Shown: one piece after another, positions 36,650 through 46,838 of the stretch
Layout: each line of letters begins with the position of its first letter
Numbering within the stretch: position 1 is the first letter of the stretch
DNA from: Gemmatimonadota bacterium
GTDB lineage: Bacteria > Gemmatimonadota > Gemmatimonadetes > Longimicrobiales > RSA9
Assembly (NCBI GenBank): GCA_039715185.1
Contig: JBDLIA010000008.1
Location: forward strand, 4,207 to 68,206
Reading direction: 5' to 3'
DNA: 64,000 bases
Position numbers and translations under genes: made by a program
The notes under the pieces: generated by a model
What the model saw: only the letters and a program-made list of their open reading frames with translations
Told to the model about the DNA's origin: nothing
Database searches by the model: none

Positions 36650-39600
36650 ATGCTCGATTCATTGGTTCGGTGGTCGCTCGAGAACAGGCTTCCGGTAGTC
36701 GGCGCGGCGGGCCTCCTGCTCGCGGCCGGCACCATTACCGCAGTTCGGATGCCCGTCGACGTCTTCCCCGACCTCACTGCGCCCACGGTGGCCGTGCTCA
36801 CCGAGGCCCACGGGATGGCCCCCGAGGAGGTCGAGACGCTCGTCACCTTCCCGATCGAGACGGCCGTCAACGGGGCCACCGGCGTACGCCGCGTCCGCTC
36901 GTCCACGTCGCAGGGGATCAGCATCGTGTGGGTGGAGTTCGACTGGGGCACGGACATCTACCGGGCGCGTCAGATCGTCAACGAGAAGCTGCAGCTCGTG
37001 GGCGCCACCCTGCCGACGGAGGCCGGGCCTCCGGTGCTCGCTCCGATTTCATCGATCATGGGCGAGATCATGCTCATCGCTATCACCGGCGATGAAGGCG
37101 CATCGGAAATGGACATGCGCACGGTCGCCGACTGGACGGTGCGGCGCCGGCTGCTCGCGGTCCCGGGAGTGTCCCAGGTCATTCCGCTCGGCGGCGAGGT
37201 GCGTCAGTACCAGGTCCTCGTCGACCCCGACCGCCTCGCCGCTTACGACGTCACGCTCGAGGAGGTCGCGGGCGCGGCGGAGGGCTCGAACGTGAACGCC
37301 TCAGGCGGGGTGTTCATGGAGGGCGGGCAGGAGTACCTGATCCGCGCAACCGGCCGGGTCCAGACGATCGGGGACATCGGCGCCACGGTCGTCGCCGAGC
37401 GTGGCGGGACTCCTGTGCTGATCCGGGATGTCGCGGACGTACGCGTGGGAGCGGGAGTGCCGATCGGCCGTGGCTCGGCGAACGCCTCTTCCGCCGTAAT
37501 CCTGTCCATACAGAAGCAGCCCGATACGAACACGCTGGAGTTGACCGAGCGTATCGACCGGACGCTCGCCGACATCGAGGAGAGCCTGCCGGTGGGCATC
37601 TCGATCAACCGCGGGATCTTCCGACAGTCGAGCTTCATCGAGACGGCCATCGACAACGTGCTCGAGGCGCTGAGGGACGGGGCGATTCTGGTGGTCGTGA
37701 TCCTGTTCCTTTTCCTGTGGAGCTTCCGTACGACCTTCATATCCGTCCTGGCGATCCCGCTCTCGCTGGTCACGGCGGTGTTCGCCCTGAAACTCCTCGG
37801 GATCACCATCAACACGATGACCCTCGGGGGGATGGCCATCGCGATCGGCGCTCTGGTGGACGACGCGGTGATCTTCGTGGAGAACTCCTTCCGCAGGCTC
37901 CGCGAAAACTCGCTCCTGCCCCAGGCCGAGCAGAAACCCCCGCTCTCGGTCGTGTTCCTGGCGGCGCGGGAGATCCGCGACAGCATCGTCACAGCGACTT
38001 TCATCATCGGCATCGTCTTCGTGCCGCTCTTCTTTCTCAGCGGCGTCGAGGGCCGGATGCTCCAGCCTCTGGGGGTGGCCTACATCGTCTCCATCATGGC
38101 CTCGCTAGCGGTAGCGTTGACCGTTACGGCAGCGCTCAGCGCTTACCTGCTGCCTCGCTCCGCAGCCACCGAGGCGAGCCGCGACAGCTGGGTCGTGCGC
38201 ACGCTCAAGGCGGGCTACGCCCGGACGCTGGATGTGGCGCTTCGGCGGCCGGTGTCTGTAATGGCGGGGTCCGGACTGCTGGTGCTGGCCGCGGTCGCCG
38301 TCGTGCCGGTGCTGGGGCGGTCGTTCCTCCCGGAGTTCCAGGAGGGCACCCTGGTCATCAGTGCCATAACGCTTCCAGGGACGTCCCTCGACGAGTCTGA
38401 CGCGCTCGGCCGGCGCGTCGAGGAGATCCTGCTGGCACACCCGGCGGTGGTCGAAACGGCCCGCCGCACCGGCCGCGCCGAGTTGGACGAGCACGCGCAG
38501 GGTGCCAACGCCGCGGAAATCGACGTGCGGCTGGACCTCGAGGGCCATGTTTACGAGGAGGTGGCCGAGGAGCTACGCCGGAATCTGGGTGCCGTGCCCG
38601 GCACGCAGATCACCATCGGGCAGCCGATCGGCCATCGCATCGATCACATGCTCTCGGGGACTCGCGCGAGCATCGCCGTCAAGGTGTTCGGGCCGGAGCT
38701 GCGGGAGCTGCGCGCGCTGGCAGCCGAGGTCGAGGCGGCGATGGTGGATGTGCCCGGCACGGCGGACGTCGCGGTGGAGCAGCAGGCCGACGTACCGCAG
38801 GTGCGGGTGACGATGGACCGCGCGGCCATGGCGCGTCACGGCGTAACCCCCCAGCACCTCGCTCTGGCCATAGATGTCGCGTTCGCCGGAGAGGCGGTAT
38901 CGCAGGTTCTGGAGGAGCAGCGGAGCTTCGATCTCGTGGTCCGCTTCGCGGAACGGCACCGGGGCAGCTTGGAGGCCGTCCGGGCCGCACGCGTCAGCGT
39001 TCCAACGGGCGCACAGGTCCCCCTGTCCTCCCTCGCCGACGTGCGCCGGGACGTCGGGCCGAACATGATTTCGCGGGAGAACGTGCAGCGTAAGATCGTC
39101 GTCCAGGCGAACGTAGCCGGACGGGACGTGGGCAGCGTCGTCGAGGACATCCGCGGCCGCGTCGGCCGAGAGGTCCGGCTCCCACCGGGCTACTACGTGG
39201 AGTACGGGGGACAGTTCGAGTCGGCGGAGCAGGCGACCCGGCGGATCACGCTCCTCTCGCTGCTCTCGCTCGCCGCCATCGTCCTGCTGCTCTACATGGA
39301 GTTCCGGTCGATCCGGCAGGCCCTACTCGTGATGGTCAACCTGCCCCTGGCCCTCGTGGGGGGCGTGTTCGCGGTGCTCGTCACGGGTGGAGTGCTGAAC
39401 GTCGCCACGCTCGTGGGCTTCATAACGCTTTTCGGGATCGCGGTCCGGAACGGCATCCTGATGGTATCCCACTACAACCACCTGCTGGGCGAGGGAGAAT
39501 CGCTCCGGGAGGCCGTGTGGCGGGGCTCCATGGAGCGCCTCAACCCGGTCTTCATGACCGCCTTGACCGCGGGGCTGGCTCTGCTGCCCCTGGCCCTCGC

Positions 39601-39745
39601 GGGAGGCGAACCCGGCAACGAGATCCAGAGCCCGATGGCCGTGGTGGTGCTCGGCGGCCTGCTGACCTCGCTGGCGCTCAACATGGTGGTGGTACCGGTG
39701 CTGTTCCTGCGCCACGGTGTGGCGGACGCTCGGCCCAGGACGTGA
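36650..39745 (+). CDS. CusA/CzcA-family heavy-metal efflux RND transporter
   Basis: 1031 aa. N-terminus MLDSLVRWSLENRLPVV...VDVFPDLTAPTV.VLTEA.GMAPEEVE is characteristic of HME-RND pumps. 12-TM architecture. Confidence 0.9.
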   Translation: MLDSLVRWSLENRLPVVGAAGLLLAAGTITAVRMPVDVFPDLTAPTVAVLTEAHGMAPEEVETLVTFPIETAVNGATGVRRVRSSTSQGISIVWVEFDWGTDIYRARQIVNEKLQLVGATLPTEAGPPVLAPISSIMGEIMLIAITGDEGASEMDMRTVADWTVRRRLLAVPGVSQVIPLGGEVRQYQVLVDPDRLAAYDVTLEEVAGAAEGSNVNASGGVFMEGGQEYLIRATGRVQTIGDIGATVVAERGGTPVLIRDVADVRVGAGVPIGRGSANASSAVILSIQKQPDTNTLELTERIDRTLADIEESLPVGISINRGIFRQSSFIETAIDNVLEALRDGAILVVVILFLFLWSFRTTFISVLAIPLSLVTAVFALKLLGITINTMTLGGMAIAIGALVDDAVIFVENSFRRLRENSLLPQAEQKPPLSVVFLAAREIRDSIVTATFIIGIVFVPLFFLSGVEGRMLQPLGVAYIVSIMASLAVALTVTAALSAYLLPRSAATEASRDSWVVRTLKAGYARTLDVALRRPVSVMAGSGLLVLAAVAVVPVLGRSFLPEFQEGTLVISAITLPGTSLDESDALGRRVEEILLAHPAVVETARRTGRAELDEHAQGANAAEIDVRLDLEGHVYEEVAEELRRNLGAVPGTQITIGQPIGHRIDHMLSGTRASIAVKVFGPELRELRALAAEVEAAMVDVPGTADVAVEQQADVPQVRVTMDRAAMARHGVTPQHLALAIDVAFAGEAVSQVLEEQRSFDLVVRFAERHRGSLEAVRAARVSVPTGAQVPLSSLADVRRDVGPNMISRENVQRKIVVQANVAGRDVGSVVEDIRGRVGREVRLPPGYYVEYGGQFESAEQATRRITLLSLLSLAAIVLLLYMEFRSIRQALLVMVNLPLALVGGVFAVLVTGGVLNVATLVGFITLFGIAVRNGILMVSHYNHLLGEGESLREAVWRGSMERLNPVFMTALTAGLALLPLALAGGEPGNEIQSPMAVVVLGGLLTSLALNMVVVPVLFLRHGVADARPRT

Positions 39746-39817
39746 ACCGAGGCGGGCTCGCAGGCAGCTCCCCACCAGCGGCTGACACCGCGCCCGTTCA
39801 CTGTCGAATGACGAAAG

Positions 39818-39856
39818 AGCCCTCGCAACCGTAACCAACTGCGAGGGCTTCTTTTC
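39818..39856 (+). terminator. Intrinsic terminator after RND pump gene
   Basis: 10-bp stem AGCCCTCGCA / TGCGAGGGCT with a 12-nt loop, followed by TCTTTTCC. It abuts the 3' end of the tRNA on the opposite strand. Confidence 0.6.
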
Positions 39857-39861
39857 CGCGA

Positions 39862-39936
39862 TGGGCGCTACTGGATTCGAACCAGTGACCTCCTGCTTGT
39901 AAGGCAGGCGCTCTGGACCAACTGAGCTAAGCGCCC
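39862..39936 (-). tRNA. tRNA-Val(TAC): tRNA-Val, anticodon TAC
   Basis: Minus strand reads GGGCGCTTAGCTCAGTTGGTCCAGAGCGCCTGCCTTACAAGCAGGAGGTCACTGGTTCGAATCCAGTAGCGCCCA. This gives a full cloverleaf: 7-bp acceptor, GCTC/GAGC D-stem, CCTGC/GCAGG anticodon stem, loop CTTACAA, ACTGG/CCAGT T-stem. CCA is not encoded. Confidence 0.9.
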
Positions 39937-40153
39937 TGTAACGAGTTACGACCCTTTCGAGTGATCGATCCTTGGGGGTAAGGGCACCTTTAGGGCCCAC
40001 ACGTAGGCTGTCCCGGCGGCACACCCCCTTCCCTGCCGCCACCAAGTCTAATCCACAGGACGAGGGGACAGAAGGGACGGAAAGTCACGGAGGACCAGTA
40101 GCCTCGGGGCCCAACCCCGTGCACACGGGACTTTCTGCGCCGGCACACTCACG

Positions 40154-41074
40154 CTAGTAACGGCCTGGATCGGGGTACGCGGTGCGAAGTGCGGCGGCGG
40201 CTTCAGGGTCGTGGCTGGGCAGGATCACGAGGTCGGGCATGCGCTCACGCAGTGCCCGCACCCGACTGTAGCTTTCGAGAAGCGTCTCCCGGTCTCCCGT
40301 GCCCGGGAGGCGGCCTTCCATCAGCATGTCGACGGAGTAGCAGAGGTCTCCCACAAGCAGAAGCGGTGGTCTCCCGCCGCTCCTCACCAGCATCGAAAGC
40401 GATCCCGGCAGGTGTCCGGGAGTCGGCAGGAGCATCATCGAGGCGTCGCCCAGCAGGTCGTATGCCCGGGTGAACGGAGCCAGCGTCGGGTCGTTCGTCG
40501 GCGGAAGCGTGATCTGACGCCACTTCGCGCCGGGAATATCAATGTCCCGGCGGAGAACCATCTCCCGCTCCGGGTGAGGTCCGAGCATGTGCTGCCAGGC
40601 CTCGGCGCTCACGACCAGCTCCGCTTGGGGGATCTCGCGGATGCACCCGACGTGGTCGGCGTGGAGGTGCGAGATGACGGCCATGCGCACGTCGCCTGCC
40701 TCGTAGCCCGCGGCTGCGAGTCGCTCCGTGAGCGTGTCCTCCGGTCCGAGTCGGAGCCGGAAGATGTGCCGCATGAAGAAGGCGGTGACGCGATCGGGCC
40801 AGTAGTCGGGATCCGTGACGACGGCCCTGTCCTGGCCGGCGTCGAACAGGATCAGTCCGTCGGAGTGCTCTATCACATAGACGTTGATCGGCAGACGTAC
40901 CCAACTCCGACCCGCGAAAATCCACCAGAGCGCGGGCTTCCTGGTGCCCCGGACGTGCTCTCGGTGCGCCTCACCCCAGCCCGTGCTGATGACAGCAGCC
41001 CGCCGGATCTGACGTTGGCCATGCGGGAACGCCTCCTTGGGCTCGGCGTCGGGTCCTTTGGCTACGGTCTCCAT
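40154..41074 (-). CDS. MBL-fold metallo-hydrolase (lactonase-like)
   Basis: 306 aa with HxHxDH motif SHLHADHVG. Divergent from the TetR gene. Confidence 0.8.
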   Translation of the reverse strand: METVAKGPDAEPKEAFPHGQRQIRRAAVISTGWGEAHREHVRGTRKPALWWIFAGRSWVRLPINVYVIEHSDGLILFDAGQDRAVVTDPDYWPDRVTAFFMRHIFRLRLGPEDTLTERLAAAGYEAGDVRMAVISHLHADHVGCIREIPQAELVVSAEAWQHMLGPHPEREMVLRRDIDIPGAKWRQITLPPTNDPTLAPFTRAYDLLGDASMMLLPTPGHLPGSLSMLVRSGGRPPLLLVGDLCYSVDMLMEGRLPGTGDRETLLESYSRVRALRERMPDLVILPSHDPEAAAALRTAYPDPGRY

Positions 41075-41257
41075 CTTCGATTAGTTGCAGGCCCTGGGTA
41101 AGCTTCGGAACTGCGCTTAGTCTAAATGAAGGCGAGTCGACGGTCTGTCGGGCTCTGCTTGAGAGCGATGTGGGGGAAGACCCCTCAGTCACGGCTCAGA
41201 TTCGAGAGAATGGCCCACTGCTCATCCCGCACCGCAGCGCGAATCTCCGACGCTCCC

Positions 41258-41286
41258 TTGACAAATCCTACCCGAAGGTAAAAAAT
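41258..41286 (+). promoter_or_regulatory. Candidate sigma70-type promoter for the TetR/benzoyl-CoA operon
   Basis: TTGACA (41258-41263) followed 15-17 nt later by TAAAAAAT in an unusually AT-rich patch, about 30 nt upstream of the proposed TetR start. Confidence 0.35.
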
Positions 41287-41316
41287 CTACTAAGAGTTCA
41301 AAACAGGATAGGGCCT

Positions 41317-41928
41317 GTGTCTCGACAAGCCACGTTGACCGTCTCACCGCACGTTCGCGAGAAGCGGAAGCGGAGGCGCGCGGAGATTCTCCACGCCGCC
41401 CTCGCGACCGTCCGTGATCGGGGCTATCACGCCACCACCCTCGACCATATCGCCGAGCGCCTGGGCGTTCGGAAGGCCGCGCTCTACCACTACTTCCCGG
41501 ACAAGGACTCCATCCTCTACGCCTGTCACAAGGAGTCGTTGGCGGAGCTGGATCGGATGATCGAAGAGTCGGCGTCGTGCTGCACCTCGCACGGTGCACA
41601 ACTCGCGCACCTCATTCGCGAGCACGTGCGCGTCATGACGGAGAAGCTCGAGGGATCCCCTCTCGCCTTCGAGGTCTCCGCCCTCTCCCCCGAGCGCCGC
41701 GCCGAAATCATCGCGGGCAGGGATCGCTTCGAGCGCGTTCTACGCGAACTGGTGGCCGGAGGTGTCGAGAACGGTGAGTTCCGGGACGTGGATCCGAAGA
41801 TCGCGGTGTTCGCGATCCTGGGGGCCATCAACTGGATCGCGCGCTGGTACGACCCCGCAGGCGGAATCGACGGCACCGAGTTGGGCGATCAGTTCGCGGA
41901 TCTGCTCATAGGGGGGCTGGTGGAGTGA
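41317..41928 (+). CDS. TetR/AcrR family transcriptional regulator
   Basis: HTH ILHAALATVRDRGYHATTLDHIAERLGVRKAALYHYF. Start moved to in-frame GTG 41317, downstream of the promoter-like site, giving about 203 aa (typical TetR size). The track ORF begins at 41170. Confidence 0.8.
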   Translation: MSRQATLTVSPHVREKRKRRRAEILHAALATVRDRGYHATTLDHIAERLGVRKAALYHYFPDKDSILYACHKESLAELDRMIEESASCCTSHGAQLAHLIREHVRVMTEKLEGSPLAFEVSALSPERRAEIIAGRDRFERVLRELVAGGVENGEFRDVDPKIAVFAILGAINWIARWYDPAGGIDGTELGDQFADLLIGGLVE

Positions 41929-41929
41929 C

Positions 41930-42985
41930 ATGAGGGCGGTACGATTGCTGGCGCCTTCGGCGCCGCTGGAAGTCTTGGATGTCGAGCAGCCCACGGCGGG
42001 CGCCGACGAGGTCATCGTGCGCGTCGCCGGGTGCGGCGTCTGTCACACCGACATCGGCTTCTGGAGGGACGGAGTACCCACCCGGCACCCCCTCCCCATC
42101 ACGCTCGGCCACGAGATCTCCGGAGTGGTGGTCGACGCCGGAAGCGACTTCACCCACCTGCTCGATCGCGAGGTCATCGTGCCTTCGGTGATCCCTTGCG
42201 GCGCGTGCGACCTCTGCCTGTCCGGACGCGGCAACGTGTGCCTGTCCCAACTGATGCCGGGCAACGACATGGACGGCGGCTTCGCCGACTACATCAAGGT
42301 GCCCGGCCGCGGCATCTGCACGGTGGACGACAGGGGAGAGCTGGAGCTCGCCGAGCTGTCCGTCGTCGCGGACGCCGTGACTACCCCCTATCAGGCGGTG
42401 GTGCGGAGCGGTCTTCGGCCAGGGGACATGGCGATCGTGGTGGGCGTGGGAGGCGTCGGCGCGCACTGCGTGCAGATCGCCGCCGCGCTCGGCGCGCGTG
42501 TCGTCGCCATCGACGTCGAACCCGTCCGTCTCGAGCGCATCGCCTCCTTTGGAGCGTCGCTCTGCGTCGACTCCAGCCAGGCGGCGTTCAAGGAGCTCCG
42601 GAGTCAGGTCCGCGATGCCGCGAGCAGGTGGGGCTGTCCGGCGCACGGCTGGAAGATCTTCGAGTGCTCCGGGCATCCCGCCGGCCAGGAGACCGCGTTC
42701 GGGCTGTTGAACCACGCGGCGACGCTCATGCTCGTGGGCTTCACTCTGGAGAAGGTGAACGTCCGCCTGAGCAATCTCATGGCGTTCGACGCGACCGCGC
42801 AGGGCACGTGGGGCTGCAAGCCCGAATTGTATCCCGCGGCGCTGGAGCTGGTGACCAGCGGGAAGATCGCGCTGCGCCCCTTCATCCAGACCTTTCCGCT
42901 GGCCGACGGGCCATCGGTGATCCGCAAGGTGGCGGATCACGAGATCGGCCGCCGCGCGATCCTCACACCGGACGGAGCCGGCTGA
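41930..42985 (+). CDS. had: Zn-dependent alcohol dehydrogenase family; likely 6-hydroxycyclohex-1-ene-1-carbonyl-CoA dehydrogenase
   Basis: 351 aa with GCGVCHTD and GHEISGVV zinc-ADH motifs. The functional call comes from its position directly upstream of the oah/bamA-like gene and the BCR genes. Confidence 0.7.
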   Translation: MRAVRLLAPSAPLEVLDVEQPTAGADEVIVRVAGCGVCHTDIGFWRDGVPTRHPLPITLGHEISGVVVDAGSDFTHLLDREVIVPSVIPCGACDLCLSGRGNVCLSQLMPGNDMDGGFADYIKVPGRGICTVDDRGELELAELSVVADAVTTPYQAVVRSGLRPGDMAIVVGVGGVGAHCVQIAAALGARVVAIDVEPVRLERIASFGASLCVDSSQAAFKELRSQVRDAASRWGCPAHGWKIFECSGHPAGQETAFGLLNHAATLMLVGFTLEKVNVRLSNLMAFDATAQGTWGCKPELYPAALELVTSGKIALRPFIQTFPLADGPSVIRKVADHEIGRRAILTPDGAG

Positions 42986-44100
42986 TGCCGACTCAAGGAG
43001 AGAGCATGCAGCAGTTGAAGAGTCACACGCTGGTTCCCGAGCGAGAGTTCTCGGAGATCCTGTACGAGCTCCGCCCGGCGCTCGACCCCTCGGGCGCCCC
43101 GGTCGAGGGCCTGCACAACGCCTGGATAAGCCTCGACAACGCGGCTCAATACAACAGCTACACGACCGCAGCGGTGAAGGAGCTGATCCTCGCCTTCCGG
43201 CAGGCCTCGATGGATCGGAGCGTGGTCGCCGTGGTCTTTACCGCGGTGGGGGACAAGGCGTTCTGCACGGGGGGCAATACCAAGGAGTACGCCGAGTATT
43301 ACGCCGGCAACCCGCAGGAATACAAGCAGTACATGCGCCTGTTCAACGACATGATCGACGGCATTCTCCGGTGCGACAAGCCCGTGGTGAACAGGGTGAA
43401 CGGCATGCGGGTCGCCGGCGGTCAGGAGATCGGCATGGCGTGCGATTTCACCATCGCCGCCGACACCGCCCGTTTCGGCCAGGCCGGCCCGAAACACGGT
43501 TCCGCACCCGACGGAGGATCGACCGACTTCCTGCCGCTCTACGTGGGCTTCTCGAGGGCGATGGAAAGCGGCGTTTTGTGCGAAATGTGGAGCGCACACA
43601 AGGCGCTCTTCTACGGCTTGATCAACGAGGTCGTCCCGGTCCTCAAGCTCGGCGACGACTGGATTCCCAACCCCCTCGTCGTGACGGACCGCTTCCTGGG
43701 GCCGTTCGGAGCCCTCGACTTCGGTGATTTCAGGACCGGAGACGAGCTGGTCGCCGCCAAGGCGATCATGGCCGACGCCGCAACCGACCATAGCCTTCTG
43801 GACCGGGCCGTGGAGGCGCTGTGCACGAAGGTCCTGATGCTGATGCCGGACTGCACGTCGAAGACGGTCAACAGCCTGCGCAAGCACAAGCAGAAGCACT
43901 GGGATTTGAACGCGATCACCAATCGCGAGTGGTTGGGTCTGAACATGATGACCGAAGGGAAGGCCGGCTTCCGCGCGTTCAACGAGGGACCCAAGGGCCG
44001 CCGAGAGGTCGACTTCATCGAACTTCGGCAGCGTCTAGCCCGGGGGCATCCGTGGGACGATGAGCTCATCCGGGCTATCTCGCCGCAGTTCGACGGCTGA
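42985..44100 (+). CDS. oah: 6-oxocyclohex-1-ene-1-carbonyl-CoA hydrolase (ring-cleaving crotonase, Oah/BamA)
   Basis: Crotonase-fold protein of about 365-371 aa (VVFTAVGDKAFCTGGN...VNGMRVAGGQEIGMACDF) with the long C-terminal extension typical of Oah/BamA. Start is ATG 42985 (TGATG overlap with had) or ATG 43006 (AAGGAG upstream). Track ORF 42031..44100 is an over-extension. Confidence 0.75.
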   Translation: MPTQGESMQQLKSHTLVPEREFSEILYELRPALDPSGAPVEGLHNAWISLDNAAQYNSYTTAAVKELILAFRQASMDRSVVAVVFTAVGDKAFCTGGNTKEYAEYYAGNPQEYKQYMRLFNDMIDGILRCDKPVVNRVNGMRVAGGQEIGMACDFTIAADTARFGQAGPKHGSAPDGGSTDFLPLYVGFSRAMESGVLCEMWSAHKALFYGLINEVVPVLKLGDDWIPNPLVVTDRFLGPFGALDFGDFRTGDELVAAKAIMADAATDHSLLDRAVEALCTKVLMLMPDCTSKTVNSLRKHKQKHWDLNAITNREWLGLNMMTEGKAGFRAFNEGPKGRREVDFIELRQRLARGHPWDDELIRAISPQFDG

Positions 44101-44125
44101 TCGGCGGGTAAGGGAGACGGCGCGC

Positions 44126-44872
44126 ATGGACATGGGCCTCGAAGGCAAGGTGGCGCTGGTCACCGGAGCCGCCCGCGGGATCGGCGCGGAGATCGCGCGC
44201 GCCTTCGCCCTCGAGGGGTGCGATCTGTGCCTCGTCGACCTCGATGAGGAAGGGATCGAGAGGGTCGCTGGGGAGATACGCGCCGAAGGTCGCTCCGCGC
44301 TCGCCGTTCGGTGCGACGTGCGGAACGTCGAGGAAGCGACGCGCGCCGTGGAGCAAGCCGTCGAACAGCTCGGAGAGCTCCACGTCCTCGTGTGCAACGC
44401 TGGCATCACCAGCGACGCCGTGGTGTGGAAGATGTCGGAGCGGGCGTGGGACGACGTCGTGGACGTCAACCTCAAGGGCTGCTTCACGATGGTTCGCGCC
44501 GCCGTCCCGCGGCTACGGGAGCGGCGGTGGGGACGCATCGTGGCCGTGGCCTCCATCAACGGGCTCCGAGGGAAGGCGGGACAGGCGAACTACGCGGCCT
44601 CGAAGGCGGGGCTCATCGGGCTCATCAAGTCATCGGCCCGCGAGTTGGGAGGGTTCGGAGTCACGGCGAACGTGGTCGCCCCGGGCATGGTCATGACCGA
44701 AATGACGCGTCGACTCCCGGAGAGCTTCGTAACCCGGGCGCTCGACGACGCCGCGCTGGACCGACTCGCGAGCCCCCGGGACGTCGCCGACGCGGTGGTC
44801 TTCCTGTGCTCCGAGCGCGCCCGGAGCGTCACGGGCGAAGTCCTGCGCGTAGACAGCGGCCAGTACATATGA
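44126..44872 (+). CDS. Short-chain dehydrogenase/reductase (FabG/BadH-like)
   Basis: Start trimmed to MDMGLEGKVALVTGAARGIG (TGxxxGIG). Contains NAG, and YAASK (YxxxK) motifs. Confidence 0.85.
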   Translation: MDMGLEGKVALVTGAARGIGAEIARAFALEGCDLCLVDLDEEGIERVAGEIRAEGRSALAVRCDVRNVEEATRAVEQAVEQLGELHVLVCNAGITSDAVVWKMSERAWDDVVDVNLKGCFTMVRAAVPRLRERRWGRIVAVASINGLRGKAGQANYAASKAGLIGLIKSSARELGGFGVTANVVAPGMVMTEMTRRLPESFVTRALDDAALDRLASPRDVADAVVFLCSERARSVTGEVLRVDSGQYI

Positions 44873-44906
44873 CGGCGCGCCGAGAGCGGCGGGGAGTAGA
44901 CGAATA

Positions 44907-45662
44907 ATGCCGATCGACGTGAAGACCCACGAAGGGATCGCCCACGTCGTCCTGAGCGATCCCCCGCTCAACATCCTGACGCGGGCTCTCCTCTCGGACC
45001 TGCGCCGCGCCCTGACCGAGCTGTCCGCGGATGGCACGCTCCGGGTCCTGCTGCTGCGGGCCGAGGGAAAGCACTTCTCCTCGGGGGCATCCGTCGAGGA
45101 GCATCTCCCCGGGACCGTCGAGCGGATGATCCCTGAGTTCATGCAGACGATCGGGGCCGTGCGAGACTTCCCCGTGCCGACGATTTGCGCGGTGCAGGGG
45201 CGGTGCCTGGGCGGCGCGCTGGAGTTGGCGCTCGCCGCCGACTTGGTCATCGCCGCGGACAACGCCTCGTTCGGCGTGCCGGAGATCAGCCTGGGCGTGA
45301 TCCCTCCCGCGGCGTGCGTTCAGCTCCCGCGCATGGTCCCGCCCGGCGTCGCGGCCGAGCTGGTCTTCACGGGGAGACCGATCGACGCGCGTTCCGCCGT
45401 GGCGGTAGGGCTGGTGACGCACGTGGTGGAGGTGGATTCGCTGCACGACGCGGCGATGCGCCTGGCCCATGCCATTTCTGCGCACAGCGCCGCAGCGCTC
45501 CGCAGCGCGAAGGAAGCGCTGAGGGCCGGCGCGGAGGCGGTCGACAGAACGATGACCGAAGCGTCCCGGATCTACCTCGAGGACCTGATGCGCACGACTG
45601 ACGCCGCCGAAGGCCTGCTGTCGTTCATGGAGAAACGCCAACCTCACTGGACCCATTCATGA
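44907..45662 (+). CDS. dch: Enoyl-CoA hydratase (crotonase); likely cyclohexa-1,5-diene-1-carbonyl-CoA hydratase
   Basis: 251 aa crotonase fold ([34 protein letters not shown]). The specific function is inferred from context. Confidence 0.65.
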   Translation: MPIDVKTHEGIAHVVLSDPPLNILTRALLSDLRRALTELSADGTLRVLLLRAEGKHFSSGASVEEHLPGTVERMIPEFMQTIGAVRDFPVPTICAVQGRCLGGALELALAADLVIAADNASFGVPEISLGVIPPAACVQLPRMVPPGVAAELVFTGRPIDARSAVAVGLVTHVVEVDSLHDAAMRLAHAISAHSAAALRSAKEALRAGAEAVDRTMTEASRIYLEDLMRTTDAAEGLLSFMEKRQPHWTHS

Positions 45663-46828
45663 CCTCCGAACCGATCGTCCCGGAGCTTTCCACCGAGTCG
45701 CTGGAGGAGCTGCTGTGGAGCGCGCGTGAGCTGCTCGAAGACGACTCCTTCCCCACCGTGAGCCGTTGGCGAGAGGCTGGAGGCAAGGTCGTTGGACACT
45801 TCCAGGTCTACTTCCCGGAAGAGATCGCCCACGCCGCCGGCGCCCTTCCCTTCCGCATGCGCGGGGCGCCGGTCGAGCCACTCCAATCCGACTCCCGCTT
45901 CGGGTCGTACCTCTGCTCGATCCTCAAGACCTCTCTGGAGATCGCCCTCACGGGACGCGTGGAGCTCGACCTGTTCGTCACCCATCCGATCTGCGACGCC
46001 GCCCGCAACATGGCCGGCATCTTCGGTCGCAACTTCGACTACCCGTGCCAGATCCTGTACCTGCCGCAGAACACGGCCTCGGCCCACACGGTCACGTACC
46101 TGCGCGGCGAGTACGCGCGCCTGCAGCGCGTGGTGGAGGAGGCCACCGGCACCGCGGTGTCTGATGAAGCGCTGCGTTCCTCGATCGGCGTCTACAACCG
46201 GAATCGTGCGCTGCTGAGGGATCTGTACGCCGTCAAGCGAGACACCCCCTGGCAGATCTCCGCGGACGAAGCGTACGCGCTCATGGCGCTGGGCGGCGTG
46301 ATGAGGCGCGAGGACCACAACGCCGTACTCGAGACGGCGCTGCCGCTGATCCGGGCGCGGGATGCGCCTCGACCCGACCGCATTCGCGTCGTCTACGAGG
46401 GCGGCTTCTGCGAGCAGCCGCCGCTCGACCTCATCCGCGCGGTGGCGCGCTCGTGCTACGTGGTGGACGATGATCTGCTGATCGGCATGCGCTGGATCCT
46501 CAGCGATATCCCGACCACCGGCGACCTGCTGGCGAACATGGCCGAGGCGTACATCGAGGACTCCTCGTACTCGCCGGTGCAGCACGACGACCGGAAGAAG
46601 AAGGAGGACATGCTCCTGGAGCGCATCCGCGCCGCCGGGGCAGAAGCGGCCATCGTGACGGCGGCCAAGATGTGCGAGCCCGGACTCGAGGAGCAGGTCG
46701 CCTATACGCGGAGCCTGGACGAGGCCCGGGTCCCGTACTTCGTGAGCGAATTCGAGGAGAACATGACGAGCTTCGACCACCTGGAGATCCAGCTGGAGAC
46801 GTTCGTCGAGAACCTGATGTTCGACTGA
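45659..46828 (+). CDS. bcrC: Benzoyl-CoA reductase subunit C-like (BcrC/BadD/BzdN; 2-hydroxyacyl-CoA dehydratase family)
   Basis: 389 aa. N-terminal pattern [31 protein letters not shown] is typical of the BcrC/HgdB family. Overlaps dch by 4 nt. Confidence 0.75.
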   Translation: MTSEPIVPELSTESLEELLWSARELLEDDSFPTVSRWREAGGKVVGHFQVYFPEEIAHAAGALPFRMRGAPVEPLQSDSRFGSYLCSILKTSLEIALTGRVELDLFVTHPICDAARNMAGIFGRNFDYPCQILYLPQNTASAHTVTYLRGEYARLQRVVEEATGTAVSDEALRSSIGVYNRNRALLRDLYAVKRDTPWQISADEAYALMALGGVMRREDHNAVLETALPLIRARDAPRPDRIRVVYEGGFCEQPPLDLIRAVARSCYVVDDDLLIGMRWILSDIPTTGDLLANMAEAYIEDSSYSPVQHDDRKKKEDMLLERIRAAGAEAAIVTAAKMCEPGLEEQVAYTRSLDEARVPYFVSEFEENMTSFDHLEIQLETFVENLMFD

Positions 46829-46838
46829 GGAGCGGGAG

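Noticed and set aside
42031-44100. 689-aa ORF suggesting a Had-Oah fusion, and 8434..10008 suggesting a 524-aa glycosyltransferase
   Set aside because: The N-terminal parts are alternate frames of the upstream genes (Arg/Pro-rich). Sensible starts with overlap or SD exist at 42985/43006 and 9214.
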